Assembly (NCBI GenBank): GCA_964106645.2
Contig: OZ067042.1
Strand: one strand, 5' to 3'
DNA: 64,000 nt
Source of the DNA: Podarcis pityusensis
Taxonomy: Eukaryota
Shown: positions 23,183 through 36,604 of the stretch, in pieces
Layout of the letters: each line of letters starts with the position of its first letter
How positions within the stretch are numbered: the stretch's first letter is position 1
Made by a program: the position numbers and the translations under genes
Notes under the pieces: generated by a model
Seen by the model: the letters and a program-made list of their open reading frames with translations, nothing else
The model's database searches: none
What the model was told of the DNA's origin: nothing

Positions 23183-25704
23183 GGAAAAATATATATTGTT
23201 TATGCAGGCAAAACACTTGTCATTATCCCAGAGGCCAGAATTGGTCTTTAAAACATCCTATTGCCTTTAAAACCTGCAACCAATAAGGAAAATTGCATGC
23301 TTGCTTTTGGGGGAGAAAAGCAGTTACAAATGTCTTGTCATGTGCATTCCCTATTTTAGCAGAGCTTCTGGTGACAAACAAATCTCTTCCAAACAAGTAG
23401 GACTTATGCAAGCCAATGTATATGAATAGACAAGGATATCTGGAACAGGGGCAGAGGGAGATGAGAAGAGAAATGAAATGAGCTGGTAGGGATTAAACAT
23501 GTATAGCCTGACATGAGCATTTCTGGTCTATAAAACTGAGACACAGAAGCAGCAGAGTCAGTTTGCAACTAATTCCATAAGTACCTCAAGGACAATCTAT
23601 AAGGTCAAACACAACATTCTAGGTACTTTGGCAGGCTGATGTTCAGTTTCCTGGTAGTCCAGGGGAGAGGTTTTTGTGCCCAAATTGGATTTCATAATCT
23701 TGTGGGACACTGCAGGGGGTAAGCAAGTAAGGGCTGAAAAAATTCATTTGAATTACTTTTGCGACTCTGCCACAGTATGGATTAAAGAGAAGGAGGGAAA
23801 TAAATGCCAATCTAATGGTTGCAGGAGAGTAAAATTCCTATAGTCCCTTTCCAATAACCTTTGTAAGTGATAGATGAGTTCAAGAGCCTTGCAACTGTAA
23901 AGGGACCGTCAGCATCCCGATTTCATAAATGCAGTTTGTCAGATTATAAATCTCAGCTCCTTCAAAAAGCACTAGTATGAAAACTGACATAGCTCGTGCA
24001 AAAGAAAATGTAAACTTCTTTACAAAAATTATGGGCTCAACACCCAATTAAATCATTTAACAGACTCCATTCTCTCATCTCAAGAAAAATAACACACTTA
24101 TGGCCAAAATACAACTTTTGCAATGTTAAGGTTTTGAAGATAAGAATCAGGAAGCAATGCCAAACAGAAACAAACCTCAGACTAGTTCACCAAACTATAG
24201 AGAATGGCTTGAGCCCTGAAGAACTGTGTCAATGATCTGCTCAATGATCTGCTCTCTGAACATTCAAACACACTGCAACAAACCAGCAATGCAAACTGCA
24301 TTTTCCTAGCTTTTAAGAAGTTTCATGTAACTGAAGATTTTATTTGTAAGAGGCTTATGTTTACACAAATATGGCAGTAATTTACATTATCATCAATTAA
24401 AGGGATAGTGTGGGAATGTAAAAATCTTTACAGGTAGTCTTCCTAGTCATCTGATCCAGTGCTATAGGAAATGAGTTTGTTTCCTACAAATTAAAAATAC
24501 AGGCACTCATGTGTCTAACTCTAGCTTTTAAGGCAAGTTTTAAAGAAACAAATAAGCAATTCCTATAAGGGTGGAGGAAGGGGACAATATGAAACGGTAC
24601 TTTTCTTACCATGCTGAAGCACAGTATTGACTTCATAATATAACCTATCTATTTATTATTTTGAGCCATATCTAAAAATGCTACAACAGCATGTGTCACT
24701 GCAGAGATGGGCATCAAAACTTCACCAAAACACAAAGCAAAGTCAATGGCCACTTCTTTTTCTTAATTTCAAATTATTCATTTATTGAAAAGATTACAGT
24801 TAAAATACTTCAGTATCATACAACGGCATGTATAAAAGCCCATGTGCATGAAAATGATAAAAGATTTTCAAAATCATCTAAGATTAATATAGCCAGATTC
24901 TTGTAAAATAAAAAGAAGCAACCTAGATTATTTTAAGAGCACTAAGTTATCTATTAAACAGAGTCTACGAAAGAAGGAAGTCTTCCTGGCTCATATTTAT
25001 TTCCTAGGAATTTAAAAAGGAACAAAAGTGGTACATTTTAAAATATTCACAGTTTTGAACCTTAAAAGCTAGTTAACTAGTTCACTTCGATAGCATCTTA
25101 TTTATACAAGTGTATATATCCAGAGAGTTCCTGAGTATAATTTTCCACATATTAAGTGAAGAACATTTGCTTCTGCTAATCAGGACATCTGGTTATTTTT
25201 ATAACTCAGACATCTGCATTAAGCGGAGCTGTTTCTTAATTTTCCTAACAAGAAGTTAAGATTAGAACTACAGAAATGTTAAGGAATTGTTTGTGGGTTT
25301 TCTTTTTAAATACAGTATGTATTTTTATTACCTTTTTTGACTATACAATTTTATGGCTAAAGGACATTGGACTATATTTACCAACACATAGAATAATAGG
25401 ACAATAGCTAAACTGCAATACCAACCAAGAAATGTTTGTAAATTACTATCTATTGAAATCTCTATTTCTATTCTCTACATTGCTCATATGTTCTCCCCTA
25501 CTGTGTTGTCGCTTCCCCCCAAAGTTACTCTTTGAAGTTTTATGTAAATCCAGCTTTGGCCTTCTATAATTGCAAAATGTTGGAAGGTACAATTTGTGGG
25601 CTCCCCTTTAACTTGCAACAATGCTACATCAAAGAGGGAAACCAGGTCATATGCAACTGGAAGGAATCTTTGCTTGTTTGCTCCATTTTCATATCTTTGT
25701 TTAC

Positions 25705-25957
25705 CAAGGGTCAGCAAACCTTTTCAGCAGGGGGGCGGTCCACTGTCCCTCAGACCTTGTGGGGGGCTAGACTATATTTTGGAAAAATATAATGAACGAA
25801 TTCCTATGCCCCACAAATAAAATAAAGAGATGCATGTTAAATAAAAGGACACATTCTACTCATGTAAAAACACGCTGATTCCAGGACCATCCATGGGCTG
25901 GATTTAGAAGGCGATTGGGCCGGATCCAGCCCACGGGCCTTAGTTTGCCTACCCATG
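25705..25957. mobile_element. hAT (Charlie-like) MITE
   Basis: Ends caagggtcagcaaac / gtttgcctacccatg; degenerate TSD (ttgtttac / gtttaaac); subterminal ggccggatccagcccacgggcc. Confidence 0.75.
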
Positions 25958-26397
25958 GTTTAAACACACAATACTTTTAAAATGCTGGATTCCAGCATAG
26001 AAGAAGCATCAAATTCAAGAATTGGTCACTTTCATTCTCCCCTCTGCAATGTAATTTAAAACTTTCATGAAGAAAACAAGTTGTCTAAGAACACTTTCCG
26101 AGTAGAGAAAGAACAGCACAAAAACAGACTTTGAACCAATAGTGATATGTCACAGGGGTATCAAAAACATATTTCTATCACTAACAAGAGGCAGCAGGAG
26201 TCAAAAGGTCTGGGAAGGCATTCTTTTTTAAACACTTTATTTATTAAAATTCTCTAGACACAGATTCTTCTCAATATTATAGCTTAATCTGCATGGGAGC
26301 TGCAGGCACTTGAAAAATGCATTATAAGGTAGGCTAGCTTCACTGTACATTCTGTATCAATCTTTCCAGATACAGCTTTCTAACTTGTACTCCAATA

Positions 26398-26617
26398 CAG
26401 TGGTACCTCTGGCTACGAACGCTTACGAGCTCCGCTAACCTAGAAGTAGCTGCTCCTGGTTGCAAACTTTGCCCCAGGATGCGAACGGAAATTGTGCGCT
26501 GGAGGCGCGCGCGCAGCGGGAAACCCCACTCGTGAAAGCACGTCTCACGATAAGAACGGTTTCAGCTTAAGAATGGACCTCTGGGACGAATTAAGTTCGT
26601 AACCAGAGGTACTACTG
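26398..26617. mobile_element. Tc1/mariner (Tigger/pogo-like) MITE, family A, inverted relative to the copies at 44417 and 56173
   Basis: TA target duplication; TIRs cagtggtacctctggctacgaac / gttcgtaaccagaggtactactg. Confidence 0.88.
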
Positions 26618-28939
26618 TATTTGTATCTGCTATACAAAGCCAGATCCAATGTCTCTTAAAAGTAGCTGAACCCAGAACTCTCTTACCAATCCTACCCCAT
26701 AAAACATACCCAGCATTCCTTCTGAGAACTCCATACATCTTATACCATCTTTAGGTCCTCATGATCTTGTTATGCAAACCCACTTCCCTGCTTGATGACC
26801 TAATGCCAAGATCACCTTCAGATCCATGGGCATTAATGGGCCTGACCCAAAGCGACCCTTTGAAAACAGCAACCAGTTGGGAGAAAAGTGAGAGTGAGGA
26901 TTCAAACTTAGATCTTGGTAAAACTATGCGATGGAAATGCATGAACTGTATGATTCAAGCACATATGGAATCCTTTTGAAGCCTATTGCTTGTTTAACCT
27001 CTTTCCTTGACTATCTCTTTGTAAGTCACACCTAAGTACTTGCGGCATAGTGATCTGAAGAGCTGAAGTAGCCAAGAAAAATAATTTTTACAGAGCTGAT
27101 CAACAATGTCTTGTGGCTCCTTGCTGGAAATAAGCACAGGGATAAGTTCCTCTTGAGGAGTTCCTGGTACAGAAGCTTGAGGAATTCAATTTCTGTGAAT
27201 TCCAATATGACCCGCTCTGATCTGCACTTGGATTAATGTGTGGAATGGAACAAGATCATGTTTCAGATTTTGCATATTTTTCAATTTTTTAATGAAGTTC
27301 TCAATTCAAAAAAGTACCAAAATGCGTTAAAAAGTATTTAAATATAGCATACATTTAAAAATGTGTACACTGTGATAAAATATGTATTTAAATACTTATT
27401 TGTGATAAAAAAATTCAAATCCAAATTTTAAAGCATATTTAAAGAATTGTGCATGAATATGATATGGACTTGAAAACAGACCGATCCATCCAGTCTAGCT
27501 TTTTGCTGACCCACAAGCTCCTTTCCTTATTATCTGAACCCTTGACTCACACCAGAAGCTACCCTCTATACAAAAATATGAAGCCCTCCATAGCTTTCAG
27601 TTGTTGTTCCCAGTTTCTCAACTTGTGATGGTCAAACAATGTGGGGTGGTCCAATTCCTCTCCTCCCACCCTTCTCATTCATCCCTCTTCCTAATGAAGC
27701 ATACTACCTGCTTTCTGCACCGAAGTTACTGCCCATCATTTAAGTGTGTAATTATCACTCCTTCAAAGCTTGCAGTCTAGAAATCACTCTTGCTCTTTGA
27801 AATAAGTAGTCCATAACCTACTGTATGCAACTCTATCCCATTCTGATGTGTGTATAAATCCTAACACAGCAGAGCCACCTACAAAGTTTTATAACAGGGT
27901 GAAAGACCCCACAGTAATTTAAGATTCACTGTGAGACCTGCTATTAAGAATGGGGGACAGACTGAGGGGGAAGCTACTACATATCATTAGAGAACAGAAC
28001 TACTGCTTCACCTTGCTCATTGCCCAGTGATTGAGAGAGGCTGCTTGGCCAGGTTAAGGGAGCAGCTGACCCCCACACCCAGCTACAAAGACAGCAGACT
28101 ACTAATGCATTGTGCTAGGGGGATGTGGCAGATCACCATCGCAAAAGGCACAGGTTTTTGCTTACAGACACATTTACAAAGCAACCACAGAAACTTTGCT
28201 TTGTTTCTTTGTTTTCTGTAGATTTGTTTGTTAGGTAGAGTCTTGTTTGCATTTGCACAAAAACTCAGTAAAATAAATAAAGTAAAATAAAATAAAAAAG
28301 CAACCACAAAACACATATGGTAGCTTTTCTTTCCTGTTCTAACATACTGTACTCTGTTTTCAGGATACAGCACATGGATGATTCCAAAGCAAAAGTTGCG
28401 GGGGGAATCAAACATACTTCACCCAGCATGGAACAAAATTACAAGCGGATCAAATCATGTTGCCAACTTATGATGCATCGTTCCTCTATTGTGCTGTTTA
28501 TCCATTGCTATTTTACTATGGTGTACCCCCCTCTACATCACTATGATCGAATCCTTAAAAACAAGGGTTTCAATTAACAAAATCTAACTTTGGAAAGCAA
28601 TCTATCCATCAAAAGAATGGTTTCCAAAGGAATAAACATTTCCTCACTGACTGAGACAGGGATGTTAGTTTCCCTTTGGTTCCATCAAACTACAGCAACG
28701 TGGAAGGCAGGAATATTTGTACAGAACAGCTTTTGTACCTAAAGGCCAGTCAGATTTTTGGTTTTTAAAGAAAACTGTACAGCTTTAAGCCAGGGTGTAT
28801 TAAAAGCCACTATTCACACTCCCTTGCTTGGACATGAATGGCCTATTAAACCTACAACATATCTGTTTTAGTTAACTTCTGGGTGGGGAGGGGACCAGGA
28901 GAGAAACAAAATGTACTTAAATGCAGGGCTCCCCCCCTC

Positions 28940-29360
28940 CCTTGGGCTGAATGCCTTTCATCCAATAAGACATTCAAAGCAGTGACCCAGCAAATGGATT
29001 GAAAAAGCAATCTTCCGTCTGAGTGCCACATTATCCTTCCTATTCAGTATTCTCCGAGAGAGATCTCAATCAGCTGGGTGCGTGTGTAAGAGACAGCGCA
29101 GCCCATTGCTGGGTTAATTAAACATTTGACTTTAACACCCTCCCATCATTAAGCAAATAAAAACAGATAATTCAAACCACACTTCATACATAAGGTACAC
29201 AACAGACGTCAAAAATTTAGAGAGGCCCAGGCCCTCAGGGGAGTTCCACTGGGGAGATAATCAGTTTAAATCTTAGCTGGTTTATCAATTATTCTATTGA
29301 TTAAAGTGGAGTGATTATGCAAGACTCTGCTTTGCCACATGGGATAAACGTCAGAGCAAG
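28940..29360. promoter_or_regulatory. Candidate highly conserved non-coding element (intron 2)
   Basis: Repeat-free, with retained CpGs, E-box CAGCTG (29071), TTAATTAA (29114) and ATTGATTAA (29296). Conservation is inferred, not tested. Confidence 0.5.
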
Positions 29361-29929
29361 ACAAACTCGGAAGGCTCAAAACAGTTTTGGAAAGCCAAGA
29401 GACCAATATGAGTTCATTACAACTCACTTGAGGCACACAGATGAGAAAACTGATTTTGCTTTGTTTATTTTAGGGTGACAGAAGCATTTCTGATCAGAAC
29501 TCTGTGTGGTTATCTCAACTGAAGCTTTACAAAAATGCATGTCATGGAATTTAGGCATCTTTTCCCGCACATTCAAATAGAAAACTAATCCTGGAATACA
29601 TTTCATAGATGCTGGTTCAATAATGAAAGATATAGAATTTCTTGTGCCCAAACAAGTACTTAAGTATCTTACAGCACTCATATGTACCTTCCGGTCATTG
29701 GGATTTTGAGTCAAAGATTCACACGCATTGTAATTGGAAGCAGGGGAAACCTGAGCTTTAAAACTGATCAGATTTTAGTAATGAAGTGACATCATAAAGT
29801 AGTTGGGGGCAAGAGCAAGGCAAAAAGGAGGGCTATATAGTCACTGCATTGCAGTCCAGGAAAAAAAGCAGGAAAAGAGGTTCTATTCACACCACCATTT
29901 TTCTGAGGCCCAAGGGGGGTTGAGGGGGG

Positions 29930-30220
29930 TTAACTTTACAAAATCTGGAGAAAGGAACAAGAAATAAACCAGAAACTGTGTGTCTTTCAATGTACAAATT
30001 CCAGTCAGAGGAGAAATAATCTTTATATATGGATATGGACGCACTGGTTCAAGATGGCTAGTTTTGTCTGCAATTAGTGTGACCATTACTATGTGATGGC
30101 GCTTTCTGTTTAAAAACTTAGTGTGATTGCTGTAACAACATGGTTAAACAGTTTGACAAAATATTCAATTAATGTGGTCTGTTAATTCCTTTTCAGAATT
30201 TCTCCATGGGCAGACGTTTC
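29930..30220. promoter_or_regulatory. Second candidate highly conserved non-coding element (intron 2)
   Basis: Repeat-free AT-rich block with several homeodomain cores (caattag, ccatta, caattaat, gttaatt), about 0.6 kb from the previous block. Confidence 0.45.
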
Positions 30221-31639
30221 TTTCATTTGGGCAAGGCCATATTGAGGTCTACAGTCTATTTCTACAGATAAACACATATAGACCTTCCTCTCTGTTTATA
30301 ACAATATAGATGACTTTCACTTTCTATTTTCCATCCTATTTGCTAAATGGTTAGATAATGCACTTAGGTACCTGAAGAGTGTAGAATTCCTTCTCTAACA
30401 CTAGGTATATTTGTAATTATTGTTTGAGTTTCTTTAAAAATAACCCTTAAAGAATGCATACATTAAAATGAAATGAAAGATATCATGTGCTACCTAAATT
30501 ATGCATAACTCATTTCATGTTCTTATTTGCAACATACTTTACTACTGTGTGAGATATACTTCAATCTCACCCATTCCCAAAATGTTAATAGCTTCAGCGT
30601 TACCAGAAATTTTACATCTTGATTCCAAAAGCTTTATTTTAAGCTAAATAATTCCTTGAAGACTCACACTTCAGCAAGAGGATATCTAGCAGATCACCCA
30701 ACCCCCAAATGAAGCTTCAATGTGATAACCTTGGCTGAGTCAGCCTCATTCTTTTCAGGCTTCTTCATGTATTTTTTCTTATTCTACCATTTCTGAATTT
30801 AAAACTCTTAGGAATAGTAAGCTTTGTTGAATAAGCATTTGGTGCACATTTTGCTATTGTAAATCAATTCATCAGTCCAGATTAAATTTAAGAAATCTAT
30901 AATCTCAGGAAATCTCCATCTTTCCCCTTGGAATCCAACGCTGAAAAGCACTGAACAGATTCAAGTGCAATTCATTTCTATAGGGATGCGTCAGCTGATC
31001 ACCTTGAATTGCCATGTGCAGAAACAAATGTGCAGGAAAGAAGTTAAATTAGCCAGCTGCGGCCAAAATGACAAATTTGGTGTGGCATAAGCACTTGTAG
31101 GCCACAGCCTACTTCAAATGCAGGAAGTTTCCTGGCCACAGAGAGTATCTGATGAAGTGCAACATGAGCCTTTGTAGACTCCAATCAATGACATCAGATG
31201 AGCACAGTAGACAGGAAACCTCCTGCATAGAAAGTAGGCTGCAGCTTACAAAAGGCTGCCACAATAAAGGATAACCTTCTAAATGTCTTGGTTAGGGTAT
31301 GTCAGGCACATGAGACGCCCACCTTGCAAAGGAGGTCTGTTTCAGTGCATGGCCTTGGGCTCCATGGTGGAAGAAAGGCAGTATAAATCTAAGAAAAAAA
31401 GGTGCTTAGTGTGCCTTTTGAAATGGCTGGTACTGGGTTCAGAAGCATCTGACATTGTTTACTTGCTAACCTTGTAACAAATTATATGTGCAATGTTGTC
31501 ACTGAACTTATAAAAAAGAAAGGAGCGTGGTTGAGAACAGAGACAGATAGACACACTGGCTGATGGTTCCTTTTTTCATTCCTGTTATTCAGAAGGTACT
31601 CAATGTCCACAAGACTAAATATAATTTATTCTAATGTAT

Positions 31640-32420
31640 GAAATATGTGGTTGTAAGCATCTGGTTGGATACTGTTAGAACAGTATGATGGACTACATGG
31701 GCCACTGGCATGATTCAGAAAGCTGTTCTTAAGTGCTGGTGCTGTCAAACACCACTCCATTGTTGTTGCTGTTGCTGTTGTTTGGACATGTCCAAAACTA
31801 GAACATTGGAACTCAGTCTTGATGGAAATAAGAGCTATCACTGGATGCAAATGACCAAAGACCCTTCAGGCAGCCGTAGATGGCATCATTCGTGGGGGTG
31901 CGCCATTCACCTCCTTCTTGCTGAGTCGCTGCAGCATACCAGACTGGAAAAAGGGAGGCGTGCAGCAGCAGCAGCAAGGTCAGTATAGTGCAAACACGCC
32001 AGCAGGACTGTTGTGTTTCCAGCATCATGCACTTGTTGTCGTACCCCTCATCCTTTCTGTCCTCATAGGCTGCAACAACTCAACGGGATGGAGGTCAGGT
32101 GAGTGCTGCAGTCCCACCACACCTTTAGGTATACTGTTTAGATGCCACACCGCAAGAAGATGTTGAGATGACAACCCATCTTTCAACAGCAGCCTAGATG
32201 ACCATATGTCAGGAATGGAAGCTCCAGCTCCAATAGAGGCATTGGTAACAAGAATCTGGAATACTCTTTAATTATTGTTTTGAATTTTGAGTCACTCATT
32301 TATAAATGCTTAATTACCATGATGAAATTTAAGAATGAAGTATTTAGAACAACTGTGAATGTAAATTAGATTAATGTATTTAATATGGAATAAGAGAGAC
32401 TGGAAATTATCCTATACAAA
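31640..32420 (+). mobile_element. L1 ORF2 C-terminal remnant split by an unrelated insert
   Basis: KCWCC...WTCPKLEHWNSVLMEIRAITG (zinc-knuckle region), then after about 290 bp LSTAA*MTICQEWK, matching the L1 LLxAARxxIAxxWK motif. Confidence 0.6.
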
Positions 32421-33111
32421 GGAAATTATTATGTAAATTGAAGTAAGCAATTTATACTAGAGCTATGATGCCTAACGGATTGAGAATTATTATGTTAAAA
32501 AAACAACAACCCTGGAATTTTATGAAATTTTATTTAGGTATATTATCAGTAGAATAAAGTCAAGATATCTAAGGCTAACAATGGTTTCCCTCTTACCTAG
32601 CACCTTGCATTTTCAACTGTAGTTCCTATACAGAGCAGCCCACAGGCAGATCAATATTTACTAAGCCACTTTACTATTCAATGTGATCTTAAAAGATACC
32701 CTGGTCTTCCATCCCCCAAATTACTCATGCCAGGGCATCTAATTATACTATACTCCATTGTACAAAGCAACCACTAGCTGCACTTTTGCCATTAGACCCA
32801 ATACATGACAGAGTTTCATCTTGGAGGTGTATAGGACTAGCTGAAAACCTAGAGGAAAAGGTGTGACAATGGCAACACACAAACCCGAGCTTGTGCTTCC
32901 TCACTGTAGAGAACAGGGTACACACGTAAGCTGCCCTGGAATTACATGCAAATCCAATTATACATTTAAGGTCCCTGTCCCCCTGCTGCTTCAGATCTCC
33001 AATCTCTTGCAAAGCCAACTTAAAAAACCCCACACACAACAACTTACATTAACATGCTGTATTTTACCCTCGCCACCAGAAATACTAAGGGTGCTATTTG
33101 TAATTGTATTC

Positions 33112-33267
33112 NNNNNNNNNNNNNNNNNNNNNNNNNNNNNNNNNNNNNNNNNNNNNNNNNNNNNNNNNNNNNNNNNNNNNNNNNNNNNNNNNNNNNNNNN
33201 NNNNNNNNNNNNNNNNNNNNNNNNNNNNNNNNNNNNNNNNNNNNNNNNNNNNNNNNNNNNNNNNNNN
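33112..33267. other. Assembly gap (N run)
   Basis: Run of n characters. Confidence 0.99.
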
Positions 33268-33491
33268 CTAAGGAAAGGAGTTACCACACTCAGGAAAAAA
33301 AAACAGGTTTCTATGAATTTTTATATCAAGAGCTGGTCCCAGGACAATTTAGGTTCAGAAATAGATTATTTTAAAAAAGCTTTTTGCACAGTGTATGAAA
33401 TGGATTCTTTACCACTTACAACTTAACTCTCCCCTACAGGCATTAAGGGGACTTGGACTTTCTGTAGAAAATAACACGTTTCGGTAAACGC

Positions 33492-33510
33492 CAACCAGCA
33501 GGAGGCAGTG
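33492..33510 (+). promoter_or_regulatory. CTCF-like binding motif, forward orientation
   Basis: CAACCAGCAGGAGGCAGTG matches the core CCASYAGRKGGCRS except for one position (A at K). Confidence 0.55.
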
Positions 33511-35558
33511 AGGCTTCCTTAAAAAATAATGTTTCACTGAAATTAATGAATGATACCCATGCCAAATACTATTCCGCTAAATGATGGAGTAATAAGGTGC
33601 CTCAAATTTACAACTCATGTTTTACCTGTAGGTTCCACAAAATTAAGACTGTATTCTTGAAGGGTAGCACTATAAATATACATTTCAGATACCCTCCTTT
33701 TAAAAACTGCTTCATGCTATTTATTTGGGATTGGTAAATTAACGTTTCAGCTTAGTGACACACAGGTTTTTCAGAGATTTCTCTTCCATAAAACCCTACG
33801 CAAACAGAAACCTGGAAACTGTGTTTGTTGATGCACCATTTGAAGGGGGGGGGAGACGTATGCACCTAAACCTAAAGCAACATTTGGATGTTGAAAATTA
33901 ATCCAACAGAAATTTATTTGAAGCAAATTTGGGAAAGAAATCCCATACATTTAAAACTGTGGCTAGTGCCTAAGAATCTACACCCAAGCGAGTGTGTACA
34001 GGGCCTAGTTCTCACTAAATTGGTAAGCTTATGCCTAGACTGTACCATACTAAAATTGCCTCCACATAGCAAATCAGATGTTAGGAGAAGGATTCTAGCC
34101 CGACCTTTTCCCTGACATGCTTGTGTCCAGTGTGAATGGACAGGGGATAGAAGACTGTATAAAGTAGCATGATTCAGTCATGTGAGGCCCACACTTGCAG
34201 TCTGCAGTGGTACGACGTCTGAAAGAACAAGGCCTAGTAGTAACTGCAGCCCTAGGCATATTTTATAAGAAAAAAGTACTACTGAACTCAGTTGAATTTA
34301 CTGTATTTTAAATGTTTAGGGCTGGGTTGAAAAGGAAACCATCAAAAGTCTGAGTCATTCTGATTCTAGATCATCCCACAGAATGAATCACCTATTAAAG
34401 TTCTACTTGAATGAATATCTCAGCAAAGCTCAATTCACAAAAGTTTGGAACTGCAACTTCAGATTTTCATTGACCAACTTAGTGGTAAACACAGAACAGT
34501 TGTAGATTTACAATGCTTTATACTTACATTGTCCATAATTATGACGTAAAACTTGTAGAAACAAAGCTTTACCATTGCAAAGCCTCTATTAGATCCATTG
34601 AAAGATTATTTTGCAAGAACCATTAATCCAAGAAATAGCATTGTGGGAATTAGCAGAATTTCCCATTTCACACTGCAATTACTCAATTATCTTAAGTAAA
34701 TCCATAAATATATTTAGCTATTTTTGCATCAAAACCAACAGCTTTGAAGACACAGTCCATTAATAAGACAAGTGTGACTATATTTATAGGCTGAAAGGCT
34801 CGGGAAAGTATACTGTGAAGGGGTTCACTGACACCTAGATCTCATCTGCAAGAAGAAAGCTACAGTTTACCCACATTTATCTGTACTTGTTTGGAATGAG
34901 GCATGATGTCAGTACTATATGGAACACTAAATCTGTAACCAACCATGACTTAAAAGGAAGGACAATTAAGCGTTATCAAAACTTTCAATTTGTGGTAAAT
35001 TTAAATTTTTTAATCAGTTGTTGTTTCATCAAAGATATAAGGAAAAGATACTCTTGCAATTACAAGCAATGTCTTTAGCAAACACGTTAACAGAATGCTT
35101 TGGTACTGGCTTTACTAGCAGGAAAACAGGGTACACCTATTTCTGCGTTTCACAGGAGTTTTCCATGTAGCACATGCCAAATCCATTTTCCGCTATGAAA
35201 CATAAAGGAACTGAGAGCATTTAAGGTGATAAATATTTGCAAGAATAGGGTAGTCTACAATCTAAGGAAGTACATGCGGTGCAGCTATGTTTTAAAGGCA
35301 AGGGCTTTTTAAAACAAAAAACTGGTGTAATCACTAAAGCCCACTCTCATTACTGAAACGTGAAGTTCAAAAAAACTTGTGCTGGAATCAATGGAGCATC
35401 AATTCTGCTACTCCTTCCTCATGTTAAAAGGACAAGGTGCTCTCTCTTTCTAGCAGTTGCACAGTACCACCAATGACCATTAGGTAGCAGCACAGTACGC
35501 ATGATCTCTCCACATGAATCTCCCTCCATTCTTTTCCTGCACAGCTTTGCTTTTGCTC

Positions 35559-35562
<4 letters not shown>

Positions 35563-35622
<60 letters not shown>
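35563..35622. repeat. (CT)n(CA)n compound microsatellite
   Basis: Seen directly. Confidence 0.95.
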
Positions 35623-35623
<1 letters not shown>

Positions 35624-36604
35624 TATAGCTGGTTCTAATTCAATTAGCACAGTCTGCAACTCCAGAAAAAGAGTAATTCAATTAGTGCATTGTGGGGCTC
35701 TGCAATACCTCTAAGCAGATGTTCACCAATCCTCGGGAACTCGGAGCTAGCTTTAAGAGTACCTGTACCCCATCCGGTTGGCACTACATATGTCATTTGT
35801 CAGAATAGCTTTCTGACTTCTAACAAGGAAAGAAGGAAATCCACTCTTGTGGACACAGGAGGTTTCCTTTTAAACACGATCAAGGTCCCCTACTAGCAAG
35901 CCCTTTGAATTCAGCATCTCAGGAAGAACAATGCATATTATACAAGGCTGGCAATTCATGAAGGGTTGAAACGGGGGTTATTCTATTGGAGAAGCCATCT
36001 GTACATTACTGGCTCTTTGTAATTGGTGCCAATGCTTGTGTGGTGTGGAGGATTTCCCTAAGAACAGGGCCCATTTTTACCATTACATTTAATGCAAAAT
36101 TTGTAACATTAGGGTTGAATTCAACCAGGTCCTACTCAGCACAGACCCAATGACCCAAACTTAGTCAAGTCCATTAACTACTATGGGTCTTCTCTGAGTA
36201 TGTGTTGAATACCATGCCTAATGTTGAAGTGATAAACATGTGCGAAGTGATCAGGAACATGCTAGTTGGAGGGTGGGGCAGAGGTAAAAAACTATGAGCA
36301 AAATTTTACTTTTTAGAAAAGACACACTTTACAACGTTGATAATATAGTGCATGGCTGGTCACTTTGATAACCTCCTGATGTTTTGGACTAAACTCCCAT
36401 CAGCCCCAGCCAGCATAGTCAATGGTCAGGGTTTGTGTTTTTCAACATCACTCAATCCCGAAACAATTATGTTCCTCTCCTTCTTCCAAACAGCAGCTTA
36501 TCTATCTTGGAATACACTACTTTGGCAAAACTGAATACTACAGAAGATACCCTCACTATGGAACAACATATAATGTGGAACTCTTGTTGTGAGCCATGTA
36601 CAGA

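Noticed and set aside
22287-23286. 322-aa and other overlapping ORFs
   Set aside because: Mostly X residues from assembly gaps.
25721-25740. CTCF-like motif carried by a hAT MITE
   Set aside because: An extra G breaks the core spacing.
31710-31988. Cys-rich 92-aa ORF (poly-C, poly-A residues)
   Set aside because: An L1 zinc-knuckle remnant plus short trinucleotide runs; no splice or coding signature.
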